Assembly (NCBI GenBank): GCA_965178125.1
Contig: OZ237743.1
Location: forward strand, 620,001 to 684,000
DNA: 64,000 nucleotides
Reading direction: 5' to 3'
Source: Bilabrum cf. latius
Lineage: Eukaryota
This document shows positions 63,407-64,000 of the stretch, piece after piece. The position numbers and the translations under genes were made by a program. The notes beneath the pieces are model-generated. The model was not told the origin of the DNA, did not search any database, and worked only from the letters and a program-made list of their open reading frames with translations. How positions within the stretch are numbered: the stretch's first letter is position 1; each line of letters starts with the position of its first letter.

Positions 63407-63466
63407 CAAGGTGTTCAACTATTAATAAAGATATCATATTTAATATTAGTATAAATATTAAATTAT

Positions 63467-64000
63467 TTAGAAATCTTTTAATGCTTCTTGAAGTTGCTCT
63501 CTAAAGGCTTCTTCATCATCATCTTCATCATCTGGTTTCTCAACATTTCTATTATTATCACGTTTTTGTTTCTTCTTGTTCCTCTTCTTAGTCTTTTTCT
63601 TGGGTCTTATTGGTTCTTCTTCTTCTTCTGGTTCCTCTACTTCATCGGGTATAAATTGACCGTATGACAAATTAATATATTTGATGGGTTTGTCCTTCTT
63701 TTTAATTGTCATTATGGGGTCTTTACTCTCAAAATCTCCTGTATAATAAATCGGGGGCTCACTGGAAAACATATAAATGTATGGAACAAATGGATTTTTG
63801 GCGCTGTCGGTCTTCATATCAGGGGTTAGATACAAACCATTCAATTCGTCTTCATCCACCAGTTCAAATTTATCTTCTACGGTATTATTAAAAAATATCC
63901 CTTTAAAAGTTTTAAAGAAGAATTGATTAATATATTTCTTGGCTTTCTTTATGGCTCCCTCTTCTAAAAGTTCCATTAATTCGCTTGGTTCATAACTCTA
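63467..64000 (-). CDS. Hypothetical viral protein, 5' end possibly beyond the window
   Basis: Frame open (via TAG) to the window edge; acidic/basic C-terminus; TAA stop. Confidence 0.65.

Larger units (their letters stand above)
40579..64000. mobile_element. Endogenous virophage island, possibly composite; right end beyond the window
   Basis: Sharp GC-to-AT switch, dense intronless genes, two integrase types, primase-helicase, and the ATPase-protease-penton-MCP block. Confidence 0.93.

Noticed and set aside
1-64000. Suppressor tRNA(CUA) or protein-primed PolB
   Set aside because: Looked for by eye and not found in this window; either may lie elsewhere.

Overview
Eukaryotic nuclear DNA (short GT-AG introns) from a GC-rich protist-like host at 1-~40,580, joined abruptly to an AT-rich endogenous viral island at ~40,580-64,000 that runs off the right edge. 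Both parts make sense only if TAG is read as a sense codon, almost certainly Gln, while TAA and TGA remain stops; the supplied ORF track is fragmented because it stops at TAG. Re-read this way, the host part encodes an LRR-like protein, a large intron-containing orphan, an ankyrin protein, a membrane protein, a PINK1-like kinase, a secreted Apple-domain/glycosidase-like protein, an amidase, a giant Trm3/TARBP1-like SpoU methyltransferase and a Ser/Thr kinase. It also holds a tRNA-Val(GAC) embedded in a tangle of tRNA-derived inverted repeats with captured gene fragments. The viral island begins at a perfect 56-bp palindrome. It carries a tyrosine recombinase, GIY-YIG nuclease, C5 DNA methyltransferase and TVpol-SF3 primase-helicase. 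Further right are DUF285-repeat genes, an rve integrase, putative core proteins and the virophage morphogenesis block (ATPase-protease-penton-MCP), all recoded with TAG, including at conserved Gln motif positions. All family calls are by-eye motif recognition, with no database searches; coordinates assume TAG=Gln.
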